Source of the DNA: Utricularia gibba
Taxonomy: Eukaryota > Plantae > Magnoliophyta
Direction: 5' to 3'
Length of the DNA: 64,000 nucleotides
NCBI GenBank assembly: GCA_002189035.1
Contig: NEEC01000011.1
Span: 2,666,001-2,730,000, forward strand
Positions 51,524 through 64,000 of the stretch are shown piece after piece. Under the pieces are notes generated by a model. It was not told the origin of the DNA. It worked only from the letters and a program-made list of their open reading frames with translations, and ran no database searches. Position 1 is the stretch's first letter. Every line of letters starts with the position of its first letter. The translations under genes and the position numbers were made by a program.

Positions 51524-53137
51524 ATGGAGGGCAATTCGTTGGGGACCGGCGGCGCCGGTGTGGTTGCTGGGGGTGACGCAGAGCTGCTGACCAAAACTTT
51601 GCAGGTGGAGCACAAACTATTCTATTTCGACCTCAAGGAGAATCCGCGAGGAAGGTACCTTAAGATCTCTGAGAAGACTTCGGCTACTCGCTCCACCATT
51701 ATTGTGCCTTCAAATGGCGTATCGTGGTTCCTTGATCTCTTCAATTACTACGTTGATTCCGATGAGCAAGATGTCTTTAGCAAAGAACTTCAGCTTGACT
51801 CGAAGGCATGCTCGATTCTGTTGTTTTTGGTGTCCTTTTTTTGAGTACTTCTCATCAACTTTCCTTTCTCAGGTGTTTTATTTTGATGTCGGTGAAAACA
51901 GGAGAGGACGGTTTCTCAAGGTGAATTGGTTTTTATTGCCTATTCTTTGCGTCCGTTGATGTAAAAAAGGAAGCTGTAAAGGGGGCTTTGATTTATAAAG
52001 TATCTTTGACTCAATAGCATTAGCAAGTTTCTAAACTGGGAACTTTTTTATCTGTTTGTGCTTCTGAAAGTCGATGGAGCAAGTGCAAGACAAATTTGGT
52101 GCAGGATTGTTGTAAATGAGGAACTCCATTGCATCTTAACTGATAACTAATAGTAACAAGGTAGCTTTGCCTTGTACTTTTGGAAACCTCAAATGCTATT
52201 TAAATGATTGATTTGAATCTGTTGAGTTTTTTCCCGGATAGTGATGGTCCTGGATGATTTGGGAATGAAAGTTGGAGTCTTGAGTGTCGAAACGGGTACT
52301 ATAGTTTTCCTATACAAAGGAGTGAAGCATAAGTTTTCGGCTGTTAATCTGTAAAACTGAGTCATGAAAGTTATGTTGTCCTAGAAATTTGTCGTTGATA
52401 GAGTCATCCTTGCAGATATCTGAAGCTTCTGCTAGCCGGAATCGCAGCACTATTATAGTTCCCGCAGGAACTACTCGAGATGAAGGATGGGCAGCCTTTA
52501 GAAGCATCTTGGCAGAAATAAATGAAGCATCCGGCCTCTATGTTCTGCCCAATCAAGTAAATTTTAAACTACTTTTTTGACATTTAATGATGGCGTTCTT
52601 CAAAGTTAAACTGACATTAATACTTCGTGAAAACTCTGTTGTAACGGGAACAGAAATCCGAAGCAGAAGAACATCATGTTGGGCTTTCAGACGATGTCGG
52701 GGCTGGTTTCATTTCTAGCCATGCTTGTCAACCTCCCATATCAGCCGACCCCAACATTGATGGGCCTTCTGATCTGCCACCATCAGATGATATGCACAAC
52801 CTAAGTGGCTCTAATGTTGTAAGAGTTGATCAAAAGAAGTTTTTCTTTGATCTGGGGAGCAATAACAGGGGCCATTTCTTGAGAATATCTGAGGTTCGCA
52901 TGGAATAACATCAGCTAGTTTTGTGTGTACTATCAATCAGTATGCTTTACCCGCCAGTTCACACTAACCTTCAGAAAGTTTCAGGTCACTGGCTCAGATC
53001 GCTCGTCCATCATCCTTCCTTTGTCTGGCCTCAAACAGTTCCATGAAATGGTGAGCCATTTTGTGGAGGTCACAAAGGATAAAATCGAGGGCCCAACTAT
53101 TGCAAACATTCGGACAATCGATCCTCCCCAGAGGTGA
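51524..53137 (+). CDS. PURA1: Transcription factor PUR-alpha 1
   Basis: Three PUR repeats: KTLQVEHKLFYFDLKENPRGRYLKISEK, KELQLDSKVFYFDVGENRRGRFLKISEA, VVRVDQKKFFFDLGSNNRGHFLRISEV; ends RTIDPPQR*. Intron 1 (51806-51872) is GC-AG. Confidence 0.93.
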
Positions 53138-53630
53138 ACACTACTATGTAACCAGTTACAGCTGTTTGATGCCATCATGTGATTCTTGCCAAGCGCATAC
53201 AGTTCCCCATTCTTGCAGTGAATAAAGAAGTTAGTTTGATCCCCAGCCAGCCACTTTTTCTGTTATGTTCTTGTAGTCTAACAACTGCAATCTCTATGCT
53301 ATAAGGCGCCTTTATTTGTGCAGATAAGGTTTCAACTACATATCAGTTATTATCTTCATAGGATCATTAACTCTTGTTGTATCTTCTTGTTCTTTTCAAA
53401 TTTCTTTTGCCTTGTGTAGGTTTCTTACAGGATCAGAATATCTATCTATCCATGTGAAACAAAAGTGCTTATGGATTATCTTGCTATGCAGAAAATGAAT
53501 CCGAAACTAACCATATAATGGTGCTATCTTTATTTTCCCTGATGAGTTGTTTGGCAAGAGCAATAACAAGGGGCTTACATTCTACAGTATGCATATAATT
53601 GTATATGCAAGGAGTAAAGCGTGGGAGATG

Positions 53631-56480
53631 TTACATTGGAGACGACGACTGCGCGGACGCAAATTGGAGAACTTGATGCAGCATGCGCGCAGCAAAACGT
53701 TGAGTGAATCTACCAACCACACGAGCCCCAAGAAACTGTGCTTCAGGCTGCTGTAGTACCTGGACATAAAAGAAACTTCAGCTCTTGCCTTGTTTTTCCA
53801 CATTAGCATGAAGCTCAGCACACAACCACAGATAGATGCAGATAAGCAAGCTACTGTCATTACCTGCACGGTAGGCAGGAAAAGGCTTGGATCAAAGTTA
53901 TTGGATGATCTCAGGAGTTCCCAGACTCGAAACACTTGATCCCTGAGCTGCAGCATGCCTTCCTGCTCAGCTTTGTTCATCCCCAACGGATTGGTTTTAC
54001 TGAATCTGAACAGGAAAGCCCTGAACGGGTCTGGAATGAATTCATATGAATCAGCTGAGGAGAGAATGATTGCTTCAGTGGTGGCAACGACATCTTTGAT
54101 TACTAGAACTCTCAGATTTTCACTCTTGGGATCCAGTAGCTGCTTGAGAACGGGTTGCAGAACATCGTTTGCATTGAAATCTCGGTCTTTCCTTCCCTGT
54201 GCAAGCAAATTTTCAAGTCTATTCCACCTGTAGAAAAAATAAGGAAACAAGCATGCTTAAATTCAAGTTCTTAAGAAGGCAGTATGAGGAACCAACACCA
54301 GTGCAAAAGCAGTATAATACTCAACATAAAGAACATGCCTGAATCTTCCATCCTTAAACAGCAGCTCGACAAGGGAGTCTCTGAGGTAAGGATTTGGGTC
54401 AGTGAGAAGCTTCTTGGCGAAATACGGGTAGGAAGCAGCCAAGACTTTGAACTCAGGATCAGCATAAAGTGCTAAACCTTCTAATACCGTGAGGGACCTT
54501 AGAAACAAGGCATAGTATGGAGGGACTGGAATGATAATGAAGTCAAGATTAGGCAGGCAATAAGCCACAAAAATCTGAATTAAAAAGACAATAAGACAGA
54601 CTCTGCTGAAGTCTTGCCATACAGGAGATGGAACAGTGATGAATGAAAGTTCTCGCAAGATATCCACACAATCTTACCATTAAACGGATACTCGTAAAGA
54701 AGAGCACTCAGGGCATCCACAATGGTTTTAAAGTTAAGCTCCTTCACTGTTGAATTGAGTGCATCATCAAAGAAACTCCTCAGAGTAGGTACAATGGGAG
54801 ACACATCTACATCAGGAGATAAAAATTCCATGGAATAATAATCACGGGCCATGGCTTCATAGTCCTTATTTACCATATGTACAACATGACCAATTATGGC
54901 AGATCTTGCTTCCTCTGGAGTCTCACTCATCATTCCAAAATCAATGAAAGCAAGTTTTCCATCAGGTGTTGCTAAGAGGTTCCCTGGATGAGGATCTGCA
55001 TGAAAATATCCGTATTCCAGGAGCTGTCTAAGACTGCATTGTATGCAAATGGTTACTAAATCCAGCACTTTGAGCCCTTGCCTCTCAATGGCCTCTGCCT
55101 CATTTAACTTAGTTCCTTCGATCCACTCCATAGTCAGCACCTTTCCACTTGTATAATCCCAGAAAATCTCTGGAACGACTACATTTTCTTTGTCTGCATA
55201 CAATTCTTTAAACCTCTTAGCATTTAGTCCCTCCTGCAAAAGCCTATCGAAATTATCATTCACAACTACAAGCTTTTCAGTTCATCAAACCGAATCGTCA
55301 GGTTTTACAGTAATTATTTAGACTAAGTAACAACACATGCACAAAATAAAAGATATGTGATTGTTTACCTGCACATAATTAAGCTCCTGAAACACTCTTC
55401 TAGAAAATTCATCAATTATCGCCACAACGTCGGTTGTGATAATGTCAACGTACTTGTTCATGAGAAAGCCAAGACATCTTATAAGATAGAAGTCCACACC
55501 GATGGCTTCTTCGATGGCAGGCCTTTGCACCTTTACAGCAACAAACTTCCCAGAGCACTTGAGCTGCGCTTTGTAAACTTGGCCTAAACTAGCAGCAGCA
55601 ATTGGGGAAGAAGATATCGATGAAAAAATAGAGTCAATCGGATACCCCAGCTCTCTCTCAATGCATGAAAATGCTTCTTCATCTGGAAACGTTGGCAAAG
55701 CATCCTACAGAGAAAAGGAAAAAAGGAAGTCAGTTTATTACCCAGAATGAGTTAATGCTCATTGAACGATGATAAACAAGAGGCCACCATGAACAGATGC
55801 AAGTACATAGGAATTTGTGTGATTCTGGGATCCCCTATGAAGTGATAAGGAAGCAATGCAACTGCCTAAATACCTCTGCTTCATCTACTAATTCATATTT
55901 TTTAAGTCGAAAGCAAGAAATTTGCAAATCTGATTTGTGATGGCCAATGCACCTGCAACTGGGAAAGCTCCTCGACGTAAGTTGGCGGGCATAAATCCGG
56001 TCTGACAGACAAGCTCTGTCCGATTTTGACAAAAGTCGGCCCCAATCTTGTTAAAGTTTCCCGAAGTTGAATCGCCCTAAGCCTCCGATTCCGATCAGTC
56101 TCTCCCTTCACATGATCAAGCCACAGAGCGAATGCAAAAGAACACAACCCAAGCAAAATCTCCAACGCTCGGCGAACAACTCTCAACGGCTGTGCCCTGT
56201 ACTTGCTAAATAGAAGCTCCGGCGTGTACATAGAAGCATCACTAGCGCGTTCCATCGCCCTAATTTCAGCATGCATATCCCCCACCCGCTCTCGGAACGG
56301 CAACGTCGCGGTGGACACGGATTCCCTGACTCGCAAGGCGGTGACTTCATCATCGCCGCGTTCCCGTGCGGATCGCGGTGTCGCCCGAACGAGGACTGCA
56401 CGCGCCGGCTGGTTCCTCTTGCTGCGAACCGAAGCTGCAGCGCCGGCGTAACAAGAAACCGGCAGTACAGCCGTGGCCAT
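53631..56480 (-). CDS. ABC1K3: ABC1/UbiB atypical kinase, plastid (ABC1K3-like)
   Basis: RLGPTFVKIGQSLSVRPDLCPP, AAASLGQVYKA..VAVKVQRP, ELNYVQEG, YFHADPHPGNLL..IDFG, FNVPPYYAL, RWNRLENL. Six in-frame exons. The paralog assignment is from recall. Confidence 0.88.
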
Positions 56481-56768
56481 CGGGGTAGTTGACGGAAAAC
56501 AGAAACGGGACCGGAGTTCGTGCCCAGTGCTCGACCACTGATCTTAACAACGTTTGTCGCCCAATTCCAACTGCCAATTTTAGCGCCAACATATTTTGTC
56601 ACGTGTAAATTAATTTCTAAACTCTTACCATAAAAAGACTTGCCAGAACAAAAAGGGTCAAAATAGTCATTTAACAAAAGATATCGCTTCTGATACTGAC
56701 AGGCATTAAATGGGCCGGATCAAGGGTTTGTACTTCAATGGGCTGGGCCCAGAAGCAGCCCACATTTC

Positions 56769-58094
56769 TCACTTGTGTTTTGTGGTTCCTGCTTTGCTCT
56801 GTTGTCTTCTTTTCATCACCTGAATCACAAACACCACCAAGGACACAAGCAGAGCAGATCCTGCAATAACTGGGACACACTTTTTCCAACTCTTTTCCTG
56901 TTGCTTCGGTCCAAGCTCAAGAAGCTCTTCTACTTCCTTCTCTTCTCGTGCATCGTCTGCCACTTCAGTTCTGTGTTCATCTTTGGTGGACAGTTGATCA
57001 TGATCCATACTCTGAGTTTCCTCTTGAATGGCCTGTTGCTCTTGCTGACACCCTGATGTTGTTGAGGTTTGATCAGGTTCTTTCTCATGAAGATTCTCAG
57101 CTTCCTTGATCACTTCCTGCTTGACAACAAGCTTAATTACATTATTGTTTATCTCCTGAGTCTTCTGAGCTTCATCTGAATGACCTGATGGCTTTTGATG
57201 GGGCTCTTCTTCTTTCTGAAGCAATGCTGGTTCCAATGTTTCAGGGTGTTTTACAGCATCCTTCATCGTTTCCTGGTTCTCAACTTTCTCCATGCTCTGA
57301 ATCTTTTCACCTTCATCATTTGTGAATGAGGGCGTTGAGACTACCTTTTCATCAGGCTTCTCTCCGGTTTCATCGTCTTCTCCGTTTCTTGATTCTGGTT
57401 TTTCATTCAAAGTAGACTTGTCCTCATCCTTGACAAGTCCCCCTCTTCCATTGATTTCTTTAATAACAGAGCCATGAACTCCTTTCGTCTTCTTTGGCAT
57501 TTTGATAGTTAAAACTGATTCATCCTCATTGAACCTTGCTTTGATCTGGTCCAAATTCACATTATCTGGGATTCTGAATACTTTCTTGAATCCCTCTGCT
57601 GCTCCCTCATTTCTCTTCAGCTTCCATCCGATGATTCTTGTCTCGTTCACCTAAACAGAGGTTGAGAGTTAAAGTGCTTCGTTGCGATTGATAACATCAA
57701 TCCTAAAAATTCAAAACTGAGCTTGTGGTTCATGCCACAGAAGAAATGGTCTCCATACTTGTTTTTCAACAGTTACAGTGATCATTTCCCCATCCTCGCT
57801 GATTTCAATCCTAATGTTGTCTACTCCATAGCCTGCAAACCATATAAAAAAAGGTACTGCAAGTTTTATAGCTGAGACTTTCCAAAACAAAAACCAGGAT
57901 CTTCCAAACGTATTAACACTTCTTGGATAAACAATCATATAAACATGAAAACCTCGGAGGAAAGAAGTGATGGTGAACATCGATTCCGTCTCATGGAACA
58001 AGAAAAGAGGACCTGCATGATCTTTTTTGAGTTGAAACTCAGATGTGAATTCATCTGCTGGTCTAGTGACCTTTAGTCCTAACTCCACATCCAT
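56769..58094 (-). CDS. Alpha-crystallin/HSP20-domain protein with long acidic linker and C-terminal membrane anchor
   Basis: Three exons: MDVELGLKVTR..TESMFTITSFLRG/YGVDNIRIEISEDG..EKQ/VNE..FKKVFRIPDNVNLDQIKARFNEDESVLTIKMPK, E/K/Q-rich linker, CVPVIAGSALLVSLVVFVIQVM, basic tail. Confidence 0.85.
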
Positions 58095-58986
58095 TTGTTA
58101 TGAAACTTGATGTTCTTTGAAACAAAATGCAATTGTTGTTAGAGAGAGCATCTAAGGTAAATGCAAAAGAAAAGGCAGCATATATGCTTCCTTCACTCAA
58201 AAGAGACTTACATGTTCTCCACTTGCTTCTTCCGAGCTACTTCCCATGAATAAATTATCAGTTTTTGTGTTGCTAGAGTAGGCTGGGTGAGAAGTAACCA
58301 AATTAAAATAATAAAAGGAAACCGCAGAAACAACACTGAATTCATCATATAACTCCTCAAAGAAGACGAATCTGGTCCTCTTTGTCATGAAGCTACTTCT
58401 CTTCAGCTTCAATCCCAAGGTCAACATTCTTTGTAACCAGCACATAAGCGCCTGCGTATCTCAAGTTTCCATGAACCATTCTCTTTTCATTGCTGTGGTG
58501 TGTATATGTTGTGAGAAACAAGAGTTTTTTTTAATCTTCTGCTGTTCCCACTTATGGAAATCACAAGATATAATTCTACGAAGACACTCTCTAGCATACA
58601 GAAAAAAGACCTTTGGCATTTAAAGTTCAAGGTGATCTTATTAGACGTAGGCCTTCTTCTTCTTGTAACACAGACTGTGTTTATCTATGTTCATTAGTGT
58701 TTATTTCTTCGCTTTTCACCTGAAAAATCTCCAAGTTCCTCGTTTAAGCACCAAACTGACTGCAAAAGATCAGATAAATACGAATCTCATAACAGTTCAG
58801 AAGAAAGGGAACAAACATTATTTTCATAGATTATTTTTTTTTTTGAGATAACGATATTGATCGAGCTATAAGAACACAACAAACTGGACTTCACATTCTC
58901 AAGAACAATTGCCTTCAGTAGGCACATTCTCAATCACAACACATCTCCATTTCAGACATGATGGATGGTTTCACAACAACAAAAAC

Positions 58987-60155
58987 TCATGACTCATAAC
59001 CTTTTGCACGAGCAACCAGGTCAAGACCTTCAGACCTGCTGCGGACTAACTGATGGAATACTTCTCTAACCTGGCGCTGGAAGGGATCAAGGTCATTCGC
59101 TAGAGCTTTACAAATACTTTTGACTTCTTTCAACCTCAGCTTCACTTCAGCCCCTTTTTCCTCTGTCAATGGGAAATGCACAGAATCAGCTAGCTCATTC
59201 AAATTCCTGCAAGTTTTTTCAATGTCATGAATCTCCTTTAACAGGCCACAGGTATTTTTACGGTCCCTCTTCCTTGACTCCTCCAAAATTCTCTCATGCA
59301 GAGAAAGAATAGGCACAGCCCAAAAAAACTGCCTTGTCACATTAAAATGTATCTGAAGGCCACGGTCCTGACAAGGAATCAAAGCCACGAGAACCCACAT
59401 TACGAATAAGAGTACATTGTTCATGGTGAAAACAGCCAAACTAAGACCATTGCTAGACAGAATCTCATTGGTTCTAGGAGCAGTCAAGTTGCTACTAATT
59501 GCTTGTAGATGTTTAGCAGCTGACCATGTTCTCGATACACTCCATGAAAGTGATCTGAACTGGTATAAAGCCCTCTGCTCCCTCGGTGAATTGCTTCGGC
59601 CAAATGATCTATTCCTATGCGCATGTAATGATGCATTGGAATCTTTTTCATCAAGCATCCCAATGGCCAAATCATCTAATGCCTTCTTTGCACGGCGAAA
59701 GTGGCCTCCCCAATGCTCCTTTGATTGTCCAATGCATATAACACAATCTCCAGTAGTTTATGCCACTGATTGATTTGCTCAATTCCATCTCGAATCGCAT
59801 TGCAAACATCAAGAGCCTTCACGCTCCTATCAAAGTAATCTGAAATGTATTTTTCCATAGGGGGCTTATTCAACAAGTCTTTGCTACTGCGAATTACTGC
59901 TCTGAATTCATCTTGGCATCGTACGAACGCTTCTAAGAGCTTACGCAACCATGAGATTGAAAGCAACTCAGATGGACCTGCAGCAGCAAGATCTCGAAAG
60001 CGGTCACACACATTCTTTTGCAAAGCTTCCAGCTCACCGTCAATACCAAGTGATTCTTGAGCAGACTCCATGGAATGAACTTGATCACGGCGTCGGCTCA
60101 ATATCGAAAAGCCAAACCCCGTAGAGGATGATGACCCATCTTGGTCCGTCGGCAT
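58987..60155 (-). CDS. ROH1 / BPS1-like (DUF793) protein, intronless, apparent 1-bp deletion at 59705-59706
   Basis: [54 protein letters not shown] | [68 protein letters not shown]. Confidence 0.88.
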
Positions 60156-61802
60156 ATCCAACTTCGACTAACAATCCAGAGAAAAAGTACCAAGCAGAAA
60201 TCTAATGCCAGTCCAGCAGCAACTAAGGGCAAAGACAAACGGAAAAATTACATACGCAATATTCTCAAAATGTTCAAATCCATATGATAAACATCAAAGT
60301 GGCATGAGCAAACAAAATCATACCCTAATAAATACACCCAGATACAAACCAACGAAAATATGAAAGATCCCAACAAATGCAGCGCAAAGGGTCTCGCAGG
60401 AAAATCAAGATTCCATCTTGGATGCAAAAACAATCCCAAAATCGATCTTTCGCTTCCAAACAAGAAACCCAATAAACAACTCCCCAATGACAACAGCGGA
60501 TGGATGTAAATTAAGGATCCGACAGAAACGGAAGCAGCAACAGCGTGTAACAGAAATGTAATCGCGATTATCCGAAAACAGAAAAGGGATTTATAGTGGA
60601 GAAATTCCCACCGCGTAACCTTACTCGTCTCCAGTTTCAAGTGCGAAATCAAAGATCGTAGGAACAGCCACCAGGGTATGAAACAAGAAAAAGGAATAAA
60701 TAAAAATAATAATAAACTTCTTTCATTGGAATTATTATTTTTTATATAAATCCTTTATAATTAAGTATCATGCTAAATATATTTAGCAAGTATTTAATTT
60801 TATTATTTCTAATTCTATTATTTAATATTTTAATATTTTCTAAAACATTTTAAATTTATCCTTCTTTTTAAATTTTATAACTATAAATTACACAATAAGT
60901 TTTAGAACGCCACCATAAATACTTTTAATTTCATATAATATATCTTAAAAATAATTCAAACCGCATTAAAAATTAAGATTTTTTTTTAAAAATACTTTTA
61001 ATATTAAAATCTCTTACTTAATAAAATATTTGAAATTTCTATTTTTTTATACTTAATAATATTTTGTGATGTCCTACCAGAATAAAAGTGTAACTATCTT
61101 GGAAAAATCTTACATCATTTAAGTACAGAGGAGAGAATGAACTTAAGTAAAATAAAAATATAAATTTTAGATGATTTCTTTTCTTGAGTAAACTGAAATA
61201 TTTTTGTTACTAACTTCAAAGTTAACTATGCTTAATTTGAAGTAATTTAAGAATGAGCGATCTTACATGAAAGCAAATCAAAATCGAAAAAAATATAAAA
61301 TCATAAAATTAGGTGTCCAAAATGAAGAATAAATTATAAAACAATCATAAATCATTACATATTTTCAGACAAAAAAACTGAAATTGGGTAACGGTTTTAA
61401 TCTGGTGTGCAATAAATTTGGCAAGTGAGATGCCCATGAGGCTTGTTCACTTATAAATGGCAATTGATTGCCTTGGAAAAAAGACACCATCAACCACATG
61501 TTGATGTTACATGCTTTTTCAAGTGCCTTTTTTTTTTCTAATCTTCAAACAAGGGTTATCATATTGTCAAATGATATTATGATTGGGGTATAGTTATTTT
61601 TAGTAAGTGTAGTATATCTCACTTGTGACCATCAAATATTAAAATTGCATAGGAACGAACCTATTTGTTTTTGTGTACATATAAATGAACTGAAATTAAA
61701 TTTAAATTTGAAAATTTGAAATGAACTAGCGGTTTCTAGAATGTTCATTTTAAATTTGCATTTCATTTCGCTGTCCAATTTGCGACGATATAGGTTTAAA
61801 TT

Positions 61803-61826
61803 CTCTCTCTCTCTCTCTCTCTCTCT
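61803..61826. repeat. (CT)12 microsatellite in the actin leader exon region
   Basis: Read directly. Confidence 0.92.
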
Positions 61827-61915
61827 GACGAAAGGTTCACTGCTCACAGTCTCATTTGGGAGAGAGCTGCGTCTTCTGCTGCCGGCGGCTGCGTCCACCG
61901 TATAATCGATTAACT

Positions 61916-62179
61916 GTAAGTGAGTTCTGAATTTAACACCAAATATTGATTTTATTCGATTTTTATTGTTTGGTGGTGTGGGAACTTGTTGGATTTTTTT
62001 GGACTTTCTGATTGGGACTTTGATGCAACTGTCTTTTGTGTAATTTTGTGGATTTCGAACAGATCTATACCTTTGTAGTTTGTTTTCCAGCTTGAGGAAT
62101 CTTGCGCTTAAGATAATTTTTTTTGGTAGGATTATATTCCTTTTCAGCTTGATAGCTTACGGTTACCCTGTGTGCGTAG
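61916..62179 (+). other. Actin 5'-UTR (leader) intron
   Basis: GTAAGT donor at 61916 and TAG acceptor at 62179, 13 nt before the ATG; a leader intron is a standard feature of plant actin genes. Confidence 0.75.
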
Positions 62180-62192
62180 ATTCTAAATCGAG

Positions 62193-63715
<1,523 letters not shown>

Positions 63716-64000
63716 GAGGGTAAACTCATGGCATTGTCTCGTTTGGACACCATAAGATGCGTCCAATCCTTTCTGAAATTCGTATTTCAGGGGTACAACT
63801 TACCTGGGAGGCTGGTGGTGCTCAAGTTCCTCGATTTCAAATAGCGTTGGTTGCACTAGCTTGATGAGGGAACACTTTTTGTTGGTGTTTTCTTCTTCCT
63901 CTTTTTCACCATCCGTCATTATTTTGGTGATACAACAATTTGCATGCTGTGTGGAACGGGTTGTGCTGGTTGTTTTCTTGCATCTGAGGCTGCTGCATTC

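Noticed and set aside
60771-60788. Perfect 18-bp palindrome TGCTAAATATATTTAGCA
   Set aside because: A single AT-rich palindrome of this size is near chance expectation in 64 kb; no MITE structure around it.
60650-61750. Long AT-rich spacer as a possible MITE/TE remnant (also 16830-17270, 25040-25440, 32460-32900)
   Set aside because: No terminal inverted repeats, target-site duplications or shared sequence that I can verify by eye; a repeat-library search would be needed.

Overview
Plant (eudicot) nuclear DNA, very gene-dense: 24 recognisable protein-coding genes plus 2 pseudogenes in 64 kb (about one per 2.5 kb), with most introns about 65-110 nt. No transposon ORF, rRNA, tRNA, snRNA, known miRNA or CRISPR array is recognisable. 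Gene order: LTPG(+), PPL1(+), CLE(-), BCCP(+), CLE45-like(+), GT47/ARAD-like pseudogene(-), SCL28(+), ANS(+), CHZ-domain protein(+), PRORP1(+), Trx-f(-), VIPP1(-), DUF538(-), PUT/LAT transporter(+), DUF1639(-), RPS26 pseudogene(-), DTC(-), Cpn60-beta(-), glucosidase II beta(+), RING-H2 E3(-), membrane protein(-), PUR-alpha(+), ABC1K3(-), tail-anchored alpha-crystallin protein(-), ROH1/BPS1-like(-), actin(+). The main hidden patterns are as follows. (1) Six single-base deletions, nearly all in short G/C runs, break five otherwise intact genes, including two in PRORP1; this is most likely assembly error, so the ANS 'knockout' should not be accepted without reads. (2) Two pseudogenes have different damage signatures (repeated microdeletions vs nonsense substitutions). 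(3) Glucosidase II beta has a tandem exon duplication. (4) Two CLE genes lie close together, one with an atypical dodecapeptide. (5) Very short spacers carry shared or overlapping regulatory elements. I found no convincing wholly new biological system; several GC-rich intergenic islands remain unexplained. All protein assignments are from manual translation and recall of the families, not database searches. The compactness resembles miniature genomes such as Lentibulariaceae, but the species cannot be determined from this window.
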